A stretch of 33,750 nt of DNA from a virus. Taxonomy: Duplodnaviria > Caudoviricetes. Position numbers and translations under genes: made by a program. Below the pieces are notes generated by a model, which did no database searches, was not told the DNA's origin, and worked only from the letters and a program-made list of their open reading frames with translations. Below are positions 26,006 through 33,750 of the stretch, one piece after another. Numbering within the stretch: position 1 is the stretch's first letter; each line of letters begins with the position of its first letter. The stretch is from IMG/VR virus record IMGVR_UViG_3300027612_000013, positions 1 through 33,750 of that record; one strand, written 5' to 3'.

Positions 26006-26310
26006 GCGGACCTCAATACGATATGCCACATAGAGCCGACTGGCTCCCAGGTGTCGACAGTGTAAGAGTCGCCATCGACATCAAGCGCGTCGCCCTGCTG
26101 AGGTTCGTCGGGGTATTCTGCCCAGTCAATGTTCGCTCGGTCGCGTAGTTCGTATGCCCCGAAGTCATCTACCACCTGAGATCGATAGGTCATGACCGGG
26201 GTAACTGGTACGGGATCGGTATTGCCAGGAAGGATAGGGGTGTACGTCCCTGTTGAGCCGAACTCGGCGGCCATAATAGCTGCGGACTCGTCAAGTTCGG
26301 CGCGGCTCAT
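26002..26310 (-). CDS. head-tail joining/head-closure protein (gpFII-like)
   Basis: ~102 aa starting MSRAEL, with PQQGDALDVDGDSYTV. Follows DUF2190. Confidence 0.7.
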   Translation of the reverse strand: MSRAELDESAAIMAAEFGSTGTYTPILPGNTDPVPVTPVMTYRSQVVDDFGAYELRDRANIDWAEYPDEPQQGDALDVDGDSYTVDTWEPVGSMWHIVLRSA

Positions 26311-26334
26311 CTTATGTCGCCCCTTATGTCGCCC
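26311..26334. repeat. 12-bp tandem duplication
   Basis: CTTATGTCGCCC x2, duplicating the last codons and stop of the DUF2190 gene. Confidence 0.9.
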
Positions 26335-26665
26335 CGTTGTCGTTGTCGGACACCAGAATGACCTCGGCTTTCGCGTCGCCCGATGTGAGCGCCTCGGCCA
26401 TAATGCCCAGAGCATCGCCCACTAGAGCAGTCACAACGCCAGCAGCGAAATTGACTTTAGTTCCGGCAGCGATGGTTTCGGCCGCCGCCGGTAGCGAAAA
26501 TCGCCCGGCACGGTAACATACGCCAGAAGCAGTGTTCGCAATGTCGACAGCAGCGACCACGACGGTATCACCCGCCTTGAAAGCCTGACCTGACACGACA
26601 TCAGACCCGGTTGCATTGACGGCAACGATTCGTGTGCCGTCATCGATAGGACCAGTATTAGACAT
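26324..26665 (-). CDS. DUF2190 capsid cement/decoration protein
   Basis: DVVSGQ..GD.VVVA.VDIA....G....GRFSLP, immediately after the capsid gene. Confidence 0.85.
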   Translation of the reverse strand: MSNTGPIDDGTRIVAVNATGSDVVSGQAFKAGDTVVVAAVDIANTASGVCYRAGRFSLPAAAETIAAGTKVNFAAGVVTALVGDALGIMAEALTSGDAKAEVILVSDNDNGAT

Positions 26666-26720
26666 AATTTCCTCGATAGATAAATTGGGTTATCGCCGTC
26701 CTTGGCGGTTGATTCTGCTG

Positions 26721-28907
26721 TTACGCACCAGGATTCATCACAGCGCCACGCCACCCGACGGCACCAACTCCGTGGGGGTATTCCACTTTCCATTTCAGGC
26801 CGGAACTGTTGAAATCCTCTTCCATCACCACGGTCGGCTCGCGCTGCCCGTTCAGGAACACGACCTCAATGATGGGGGCGATATCCGGATTGGCGAACAT
26901 GAACCAGGGAACACGCTCAGCCATCACTGACGTTGCGATATTCGTGAACGTGCCTGCCATCGGGTTTGCGTTCGGGAACAGACCATCGAAAGGAAGGCCA
27001 GTAGCCAGCGCGGTGCCGGGAGCCTGGGTGATATCAGTCGTCGAAGAGTTGATAACTTTCAACACTGACTGACGCCAGCGGTGAGCAACGGCAGCGTATG
27101 GCATCAGATCCAGATACTGCACGGTCGGACTCGGATCGTCCTTGGCGGCCGGCGCGGTCTGCTCGGCCATCAACGCACCCATCTGGTCCACGGAATCGAT
27201 GGTAGGGTCGCCGATCGGGGCATTGGTGTCGTCCACCAAGTTACCGTGTGCAGCCGAGAACAGGGCATTTCCATCGGCCATCGTGGGATTTGCGGCCAGC
27301 AGCGCCCAGACCTTACGCTCGACGGTGCGCTGACCAGCCATACCGATACCGCGCGCGCGGCTGTCGATGTAGTTGAGATCGTCGTTGATCAGCACATTCG
27401 CGGTAATGCCGATGATGTTGCCGATAAGCTTCGCGCTGACACTCTCGGCCTCGCCATCAGGAATGGGCTTCGAGCGGTAATCGCCCCCTTCGTCCTGCTC
27501 TTCCAGATCGGACAACAGGCCGGGGGTGATCCGCTTCCACTCGCGAAGATCGCCTACACTGCCGATCTTGCAAAACTGCGGATAGGTGGCAGGGGCAGAC
27601 TCGAAGCCAGCAAGCACCAGCTTGTGTAACGTATTTTCGAGGATTATAGGGAAATCCGATGTGGTCTGAAGATTCAGAACGCGGGACGCAAGGTCACGGT
27701 TCGCCATTCCGTAGGGGTTGTGCCCGGCTTTGACGAGGCAATCCCTGGCCAGATCCATCAGGGTATGACCGCGCCACGGATTCTGGTAGTCAACCTTTTC
27801 GCGTCCCATGCGAGACATGGTTGCCATGACCATACCATCGCGCACTTTGTCGCTGGAATCGGCGCCAGCATGTACCCTGGGAATGTCCATCTCACGCATG
27901 AGGGGCGAACCGGCATGCGACGACTGGTGACCGGCGGACACCTGGACCGGCTTGTATCCATCCTTGAAAGCACCGGTGATACGACGAAGGGCCTCGGTCT
28001 CGCTGCAATTGATATCGCCGAGACAGTCATTCATCAGCGCCAGCATGGGGTCGCCGCGGTCGGTCTCATCGCCGAACGAGAAGTTTCCGTTCTGATCGTA
28101 GAACTGCGCGCGGACGGCTTTCTGCCGAGCATGCTCGGCGCGGATGCCTTTCTGCTGGCCGCTTTCGGTGGCGGCTTTGTGCTGCGCCATGAAGGTGGGA
28201 ACCACAGTCTCCTTGGTCGGAGCAGCGGTAGCGGGAGTGACGGACAGCGCCTGGCCGCCGTCAGCGACGTTTTCGATAGTCATAGTTTCCTCGGGGTTAA
28301 CGGCTGGCGCCGTGGTTGAAAATCTTTCGGGAGGACGATAGCACGCAGCTATATCCATTGATTGGGCTGTGATTGAATCGATCAGACCGAGACGCAGCGC
28401 CTCGGGGGCGGGAAACAAATGGTCTTTCCCATCCTTTAGCCAAGCGTCTACCGTCTCTCGGGAGGGGCCATCTTTGCGCGCATATGCTGACGCAATCGCA
28501 TCCGCATATGAGTCCAGAGTATCGGCGGTTTCCCTGAACTGCGCAGAATTGCCTCGCGCAAGCCTTGGATCTTCAGCCCAAGGCGCATGGACCATCATCA
28601 TTCCATTTGCCGCCATCGAAGTGACCGGGGCATTCGAGGCAATCGCCGACGCAATGGAATATGCTGATACATTTATGTCCGCAGACAAGCCGGCATCGTG
28701 CCGGTTCATAGCCGATAGGATTTTCATCCCACCCGTCACGGACCCGCCAAAGCTGTCTATGACAAGGCGCAGTTCTTTGCCGCTGTTATTCTTGATCCCT
28801 GCAACGATATCATCGCAATCAACAGACTCGGGGGCGTCCCACATACCGATATCGCCATATATTTCGATCTCGGCGGTCTTACCTAGAGCCTTTACTTTTA
28901 CTGTCAT
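26721..28907 (-). CDS. ClpP-like head maturation protease-major capsid protein fusion
   Basis: N-terminal IEIYGDIG, IDSFGGSV, AYSIAS (catalytic Ser), MMVHAPW (His), EALRLGLID. C-terminal TTSDFP.IL, LINDDL, MADGNALFSAAHGNL, IEVVFLNG, WRGAV.NPGA. Confidence 0.93.
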   Translation of the reverse strand: MTVKVKALGKTAEIEIYGDIGMWDAPESVDCDDIVAGIKNNSGKELRLVIDSFGGSVTGGMKILSAMNRHDAGLSADINVSAYSIASAIASNAPVTSMAANGMMMVHAPWAEDPRLARGNSAQFRETADTLDSYADAIASAYARKDGPSRETVDAWLKDGKDHLFPAPEALRLGLIDSITAQSMDIAACYRPPERFSTTAPAVNPEETMTIENVADGGQALSVTPATAAPTKETVVPTFMAQHKAATESGQQKGIRAEHARQKAVRAQFYDQNGNFSFGDETDRGDPMLALMNDCLGDINCSETEALRRITGAFKDGYKPVQVSAGHQSSHAGSPLMREMDIPRVHAGADSSDKVRDGMVMATMSRMGREKVDYQNPWRGHTLMDLARDCLVKAGHNPYGMANRDLASRVLNLQTTSDFPIILENTLHKLVLAGFESAPATYPQFCKIGSVGDLREWKRITPGLLSDLEEQDEGGDYRSKPIPDGEAESVSAKLIGNIIGITANVLINDDLNYIDSRARGIGMAGQRTVERKVWALLAANPTMADGNALFSAAHGNLVDDTNAPIGDPTIDSVDQMGALMAEQTAPAAKDDPSPTVQYLDLMPYAAVAHRWRQSVLKVINSSTTDITQAPGTALATGLPFDGLFPNANPMAGTFTNIATSVMAERVPWFMFANPDIAPIIEVVFLNGQREPTVVMEEDFNSSGLKWKVEYPHGVGAVGWRGAVMNPGA

Positions 28908-30346
28908 GCTGCTTCTTCCTCGGGATCACTGGCGGGAACTGCGGGCTCTTCCGGTTTCGGGCGAACTGCGGGTGCCGGCTCTTCCGGCATTGCATCGTCT
29001 GCGTCCCGCTCGGCATCCACCTGGGAAGGCACGCGGCCAAGCTTGCGGATGATACCGGGGCGACTATCCCAGCCCTTGTCCTGATCTTTCTCGTAAGCGT
29101 CTCGGTCCTTCACCGGATCGATTACAGGCATTTGAGGGCCATCGATGCGGACGTTCATGATTGTTTTCTTATCGGCACGCTTTAAAGCTCTGGCCGGTAA
29201 CAACCCCTTCCTGATCATTGACTCAAGGGGCTGTTCATACATCGCCGCACGAGCGAAATCAGATATGAATTTTGACCGATCCATTTCGGTCTTTCGAAAT
29301 GTGTCAACTACTTCCAGCCTTTGCGCGGCATAGGACGAATCAAATACCTGCATGATCTGGCTGAAACCGACGCGGCAGCAAGCGGCAACGTGACGAACAT
29401 CCTCGCGTACGAACTCGACCGCGTTCTGGTTCGGATGCTGCGGGTCATGAAAATTTACAGTCTCGCCGGGGGCAAGGCCGTCAATCATCTGTAGGCGTTC
29501 GAACATCCACGATCGCGAGGGCTCGATGGTTTCGCCGGTTTCTGAATCTGTCGGAAACGGCTCCATGTCGATCGCACGATTGACCGACATAAAAAGGTCA
29601 GCGCTAGCCCTGGCCGCAAGCCTATGGGACTGTTGGAATTCGCCAATATCAGCGATGCGAAAAATCACTCGTGCGAACAGGGTAACGCCTCGGGTCTGGA
29701 CCGGCCGGGACGTGCGCTTCAAATGCCACATATCCTTTGCAGGCACGCGGATAGTGTTTTTCCATCCGGCCATGCCAACACCGTATTCATTCGGGTTGAC
29801 GTGATATGCGACCGGCATACCCCAGGCATCCTTCTGTACGGATTGAATGATGGTAGCGCCTTCGTACAGGCCAGTCCCGTCAAGCGGAAGCCAATCGTTT
29901 TCCAGGATCTGGACCCGATAGTCTAGATTGGAGTCGCCCCGGTTCATCATGACTCGGCGCACGAACGCCTCTCCGTCAACGTCCCATGTCTGCCAGACCA
30001 TTCGCTCAAGCTCTTGCCGGGTATACTCGCCGGTAACGTCGACGTTTTTGCTCCACTGCTCGTGCTCGTGACGGATCGCGTCATTCAGCTCGGGAATCAG
30101 TTTGCCGGCTTTGTCCTTCACCAAGGGCTCATAGGTGAGTCCGGAGCATAGGCCATTTGTGAGACGTGCATCGATCACAGCGCCAGCAATACTGGAATTG
30201 TCTGCGAGCTGTCTGGCCCATCGGCGAAGCGTCGGACCGGATACCGACGATTCGACATCGGCCGGCTGACTTTGCGGCGGAGGCATATGGTATGGACTTG
30301 GACGCCCGGCCTCATACCTCGCTGTGATTTTTTCTGGTGCGCCCAT
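28904..30346 (-). CDS. portal protein, lambda family
   Basis: LRRWARQLADN, DGEAF, D.WG.PVAY, RPVQTRGV, SYAAQR, IDPVKD. Confidence 0.93.
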   Translation of the reverse strand: MGAPEKITARYEAGRPSPYHMPPPQSQPADVESSVSGPTLRRWARQLADNSSIAGAVIDARLTNGLCSGLTYEPLVKDKAGKLIPELNDAIRHEHEQWSKNVDVTGEYTRQELERMVWQTWDVDGEAFVRRVMMNRGDSNLDYRVQILENDWLPLDGTGLYEGATIIQSVQKDAWGMPVAYHVNPNEYGVGMAGWKNTIRVPAKDMWHLKRTSRPVQTRGVTLFARVIFRIADIGEFQQSHRLAARASADLFMSVNRAIDMEPFPTDSETGETIEPSRSWMFERLQMIDGLAPGETVNFHDPQHPNQNAVEFVREDVRHVAACCRVGFSQIMQVFDSSYAAQRLEVVDTFRKTEMDRSKFISDFARAAMYEQPLESMIRKGLLPARALKRADKKTIMNVRIDGPQMPVIDPVKDRDAYEKDQDKGWDSRPGIIRKLGRVPSQVDAERDADDAMPEEPAPAVRPKPEEPAVPASDPEEEAA

Positions 30347-30553
30347 TTACCACCCTCGGAAAGCGGGGTTGTAGATCCCTCGGCGCACTTGCGAGCGAAA
30401 GCCGCCTTGCTGTTGCTTCAGAAGGTAGTCACGCTGCTTGGTCAACGCATCAAAATCGTACTCGTGCATCCTTCCATCCTGATCTACTGTTTTTGTTCGA
30501 CCAGTAGACAGGATGGCATTGATACGTGCAATTTCTGCGGAGTAATCTGCCAT
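30347..30553 (-). CDS. head completion protein (gpW-like)
   Basis: AILSTG..V..DGR..EY...L..RD pattern, between TerL and portal. ATG at 30553. Confidence 0.8.
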   Translation of the reverse strand: MADYSAEIARINAILSTGRTKTVDQDGRMHEYDFDALTKQRDYLLKQQQGGFRSQVRRGIYNPAFRGW

Positions 30554-30621
30554 TGGCAACTATTCGGTTATTCCTAATAGTTGCCAATTCTATACGGCTG
30601 CATGGCAAATGTCACAGCATA
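30552..30621 (-). promoter_or_regulatory. internal late promoter plus 13-bp inverted repeat over the gpW start
   Basis: GTGACA-N17-TAGAAT (30615-30587). TATGCTG-N16-GCCGTATAGA. Inverted repeat ATTGGCAACTATT (30552-30564)/AATAGTTGCCAAT (30576-30588). Confidence 0.65.
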
Positions 30622-30623
30622 AT

Positions 30624-32588
30624 TCAAAACCGTATTGTGCGTGGAGACCTCGCAGGGGTGCGAGACTGTGCGACTGGCGTTCGGTTTGGTGCAGGGGCAA
30701 CCTTCTTCGGTGCAATCTCGCGCGACACGTCCGGATTTGCTAAAAGGAATGCCGCCATCGCCATCTTCCGGCAATCGAGCGCTTCATTGCGCTTTTGCAG
30801 AAGGATCCACTCACGGCTTGCCCGACCGTGGACGTACCGGGTAACAAGCTTCTCGGCGGTCAACTGCTGGAAATAGTCCTCGCCATACGTGTCTGGAAAA
30901 TGACAGAACCCCGGACCAGGCTTTGTGACCTTCAACCGCTTCATCACTGTCAGCTTTGCCTCGAAATCGCCAAGCAACTCTGGGCGGTACTTGGTCAGTT
31001 TCTGCCGGCGCAATCGCTTGCGTCGATTGTGCTCCATCTCAATAAAAGGCTTGCCTTCACCTGAGACACCTTTGAAACCGAACGCATGGCGATTACCAAG
31101 ACGCTTCAGAAATGTCTCGACTCGCTTCGACATAAAGCCGTGATCGATCCCGATAGCCGACAACCTCATTGGCACACCAGACTCATGCAACCATGAATCT
31201 TCTAGATACGGCAGTAGTTGCTCCATCCAGTCTTCATCCTGCGATAGATCGCCCGGAATGATCTCGTAAGCAATCGACCATGACTCTTCCCCATCTGCGC
31301 CCCAGCCTACGATTTCCAGCTCCCAGCGATTGCCCTGCCCATCTAATCCAGCCGTGAGACAGCGAACGGCCTGCGGTACCTCGGCGGCATACTCCTCCCG
31401 GCGGTTGTACAGATCCTGGTACCTGAGTTCTTCGCCGGGCTCCACCCATGCCTGCCCCAGGACAGTATTGACGAATGTCTTATGGGTCTCAGGGTTGGCC
31501 CTGTCTCGAATGAATCTGGCCGCAAGCTTCGGCGGGGATGTGTTCGGGGAAACCACGTATCCAGCCCACGTGGAAAACCCTACCCTACCCTCGAACCCTG
31601 GGAGAAACTTGTATCGCCGGTCGATGTATTCCCAATGCTCCCCACGCCAGAAACACTCGCGCATCATTGAGTCATGGTGCTCCTGCTCGATAGCGCACCC
31701 GCAACTGGGGCAGACATACGTTGCGGTAGCCGGCTTTCCCTTCTGCCAGGACACCCAACTGATCGGTATCTGCTCGCCCCTGAGGATGATTTCGTGATTG
31801 GGCTCGTGGAACTGGCGAACATGCTCACCGCCACAGTGCGGGCAAACCAGGAATGGATATCCAACACTGGACTCTTCGAACAGTTTAACGATCAGCGAGA
31901 TGTCCTTCTCGGTCGGGGTGCTGCCATTTGCGATAAGGCTGTTCCAATGGTCCTGTACTCGGCTCGCAATCAGTCCCATGACGTTTCCATCAACGCCAGT
32001 TGTTGCAGGGTAGCCGTCTATCTCATCGCACATTGCGACACGCGCGGTATATCGCCGGAATCCATCAGGACTATTGGACGCGCGCAATCTCAATGGACCG
32101 CCAGGGTATACTTTTAAGTCGATTGTGTTACCGCTAGACCCTTGCTTGGCAGAAGACACGAGCTTGGCCAGAACCGGGTTTGCATCGATTGTGGTCTGTA
32201 CCTGCTCTTTGCTCCACTCCTCGGCATCCTTGTTTCGCGGCTGAACCATCAGTATCGGACTGGGGTCATGCTTTATATAGTAGGCCATGGCCATCATAAG
32301 GATGGACGACCACCCGAACCGACTGGACTTGAGCAGGTTGATCTCCTCAATGTCGGGCTCGGAGAACGCATCGAGCACTGCCCGTTGCGGCTCCCTGGTC
32401 TCCCACTTGACGCTTCGACCGGAAGCCGTTATCAGGTAGCACTCTTCATCAGCGAACTGGCTCGCCGTCATCTCCTTCGGGGGCTCGAGCACTCCCATCA
32501 ATTCGGTCCAGTGCCGATTCAACCGCGTCCGGTAGCCTTGCTGTAGACAGTCTTTTAAGAAGATTTCTGTTTCCGTCGAGAATTGCAT
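30624..32588 (-). CDS. terL: terminase large subunit, lambda GpA family
   Basis: KSSRFGWS (lambda KSARVGYS-like Walker A), CDEIDGY, STPT, CPHCG, LTAGLDGQ, RNEALDC. The true start may lie downstream of 32588. Confidence 0.96.
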   Translation of the reverse strand: MQFSTETEIFLKDCLQQGYRTRLNRHWTELMGVLEPPKEMTASQFADEECYLITASGRSVKWETREPQRAVLDAFSEPDIEEINLLKSSRFGWSSILMMAMAYYIKHDPSPILMVQPRNKDAEEWSKEQVQTTIDANPVLAKLVSSAKQGSSGNTIDLKVYPGGPLRLRASNSPDGFRRYTARVAMCDEIDGYPATTGVDGNVMGLIASRVQDHWNSLIANGSTPTEKDISLIVKLFEESSVGYPFLVCPHCGGEHVRQFHEPNHEIILRGEQIPISWVSWQKGKPATATYVCPSCGCAIEQEHHDSMMRECFWRGEHWEYIDRRYKFLPGFEGRVGFSTWAGYVVSPNTSPPKLAARFIRDRANPETHKTFVNTVLGQAWVEPGEELRYQDLYNRREEYAAEVPQAVRCLTAGLDGQGNRWELEIVGWGADGEESWSIAYEIIPGDLSQDEDWMEQLLPYLEDSWLHESGVPMRLSAIGIDHGFMSKRVETFLKRLGNRHAFGFKGVSGEGKPFIEMEHNRRKRLRRQKLTKYRPELLGDFEAKLTVMKRLKVTKPGPGFCHFPDTYGEDYFQQLTAEKLVTRYVHGRASREWILLQKRNEALDCRKMAMAAFLLANPDVSREIAPKKVAPAPNRTPVAQSRTPARSPRTIRF

Positions 32589-33036
32589 TGATCACGCCTT
32601 TATCAAGATTCGGGAATTTGCCCGCAATTTCCGCATGCTGTCCCAGAAGGCCAGCACGGATTATTGTAAAGCTCGACTGAATGACCTCGGCGGCTAGGTC
32701 GAACGGCATCAGCTCGCCGCGCTCCTCGGCGTATCGGTCTCGCTCACGGTTGCCCTTGTACCAGGTCAGACGGTCGGCCGGACTCATCTCCTCTGGGTCA
32801 GCTGACTGGGGCTCCACGGTCCCAGTGAACCGCCACTTGGCGACCTCGAGCAGGTCGAACAGCCACGGCTTGCCAACTCCGCCCCCCTTCTTGACTACCG
32901 GGCAATTTCTTCGAATCCACATATCCAGAGTTGGGGGCGATATGCCGAACCATGAACAAACCTCAGATTTGTTCGCTTGCCTCGCCAAGGGGATCTCCCC
33001 AGGGGGTGCCTTTCTCCCACTGCCTGTCGCAGCCAT
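32449..33036 (-). CDS. terS: terminase small subunit, Nu1-like
   Basis: Winged-HTH ANKSEVCSWFGISPPTLDMWIRRNCP...WLFDL.EV..W. AGGAG SD before 33036. Overlaps the terL 5' end. Confidence 0.9.
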   Translation of the reverse strand: MAATGSGRKAPPGEIPLARQANKSEVCSWFGISPPTLDMWIRRNCPVVKKGGGVGKPWLFDLLEVAKWRFTGTVEPQSADPEEMSPADRLTWYKGNRERDRYAEERGELMPFDLAAEVIQSSFTIIRAGLLGQHAEIAGKFPNLDKGVINAILDGNRNLLKRLSTARLPDAVESALDRIDGSARAPEGDDGEPVR

Positions 33037-33046
33037 CACTACACTC

Positions 33047-33679
33047 CTATATATCCAATTGGATTTGCGCCTGCGCCGCATCTATCCGGTCGCAAGCGAC
33101 ATCGAAGTACCGCCTATCTATTTCAATCCCGATAAACCGGCGGCCAGTCTGCATTGCTGCAACTCCAGTTGTACCGCTCCCCATGTATGGGTCAAGCACA
33201 AGACCATCGTCAGGAACCTTTGCCATTTTCATGCACCATTCCATTAAGCCAACTGGTTTTTGTGTTGGGTGATCCCTTGCAGCGCCCATAAGACTAGTGT
33301 CATCCCTAAAATAAACGCCAATCCCGCCTTTCATCCATGCAATCTCTGCATCGCTCATGAACATACTGTGGGTGATGCGCTTCGCCCAAATCAACGTTGT
33401 TCCTACTGGTAAACGTTGAGCGAAATGATTGCTCCCGAATAGCACAACGCGAGGATATGACAGCCAAGGAGAAGGATCGAACGGCTTATCGTCCCCGTGA
33501 ATTTTGCCCCATTTCTTCCCTCCGCGCTTATTCCCGCCGCGCGTAAAGCGTCTTGTGTCAGTGTTGCAATTCATCCCATAAGGCGGGTCACTGATCACGG
33601 CATCGGCCTCAAGTTCCACAAGCAACTCTTGGCAGTCGCCGTACCAGAGATCCGCGCGGCCTATCGTTACCTTTTCCAT
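33047..33679 (-). CDS. N4/N6 DNA methyltransferase (beta class)
   Basis: [32 protein letters not shown]. Likely start MEKVTIG at 33679. Confidence 0.93.
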   Translation of the reverse strand: MEKVTIGRADLWYGDCQELLVELEADAVISDPPYGMNCNTDTRRFTRGGNKRGGKKWGKIHGDDKPFDPSPWLSYPRVVLFGSNHFAQRLPVGTTLIWAKRITHSMFMSDAEIAWMKGGIGVYFRDDTSLMGAARDHPTQKPVGLMEWCMKMAKVPDDGLVLDPYMGSGTTGVAAMQTGRRFIGIEIDRRYFDVACDRIDAAQAQIQLDI

Positions 33680-33696
33680 GCATGCCCCCATTTTGT

Positions 33697-33720
33697 AAAC
33701 TGGACTGGTCGGTCCAGTTT
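33697..33720. repeat. 9-bp inverted repeat near window end
   Basis: AAACTGGAC-tggtcg-GTCCAGTTT. Confidence 0.7.
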
Positions 33721-33750
33721 GTATCGCCGTGATAGACATGAGAGCTGGCC

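Noticed and set aside
32449-32588. 140-bp terS/terL overlap as something unusual
   Set aside because: Nu1/A overlaps are normal, and the real terL start is probably downstream of the longest-ORF start.
1-33750. Alternative genetic code or stop-codon recoding
   Set aside because: Genes tile densely and intact under the standard bacterial code, with all three stops in use.

Overview
The window looks like most or all of the genome of a small tailed dsDNA phage (siphovirus-like) with lambda-type packaging genes. The minus-strand late region (33.7 to 12.4 kb) runs: DNA methyltransferase, Nu1-like TerS, GpA-type TerL, gpW, lambda-type portal, ClpP protease-major capsid fusion, DUF2190, gpFII-like head closure. 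A ~6.6 kb block of fibre-like, membrane and lysis genes follows (amidase endolysin, holin candidate). The region ends with tail terminator, tail tube, a short tape measure and tail-tip genes. The early/replication arm diverges at ~5.0 kb. Leftward it holds an NrS-1-like primase-polymerase/AAA fusion, a repeat-rich putative origin, a sigma70-region-4-like HTH, dUTPase and a gpZ-like gene. Rightward it holds an HTH, an SF2 helicase, a VRR-NUC nuclease, small early genes, a YqaJ exonuclease and its partner. I see no integrase, CI-type repressor or family A/B polymerase. The most interesting signals are non-coding: (1) a bipartite motif TATGCTG-N16/17-GCCGTATAGA found beside a lambda cosQ-like site and again between terL and gpW, where it overlaps a 13-bp hairpin covering the gpW start; (2) twin sigma70 promoters; (3) a tandem pair of structured RNA-like units after the endolysin. 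The tail module also has no assembly-chaperone gene between tube and tape measure. All protein calls come from reading motifs by eye; no searches were run.
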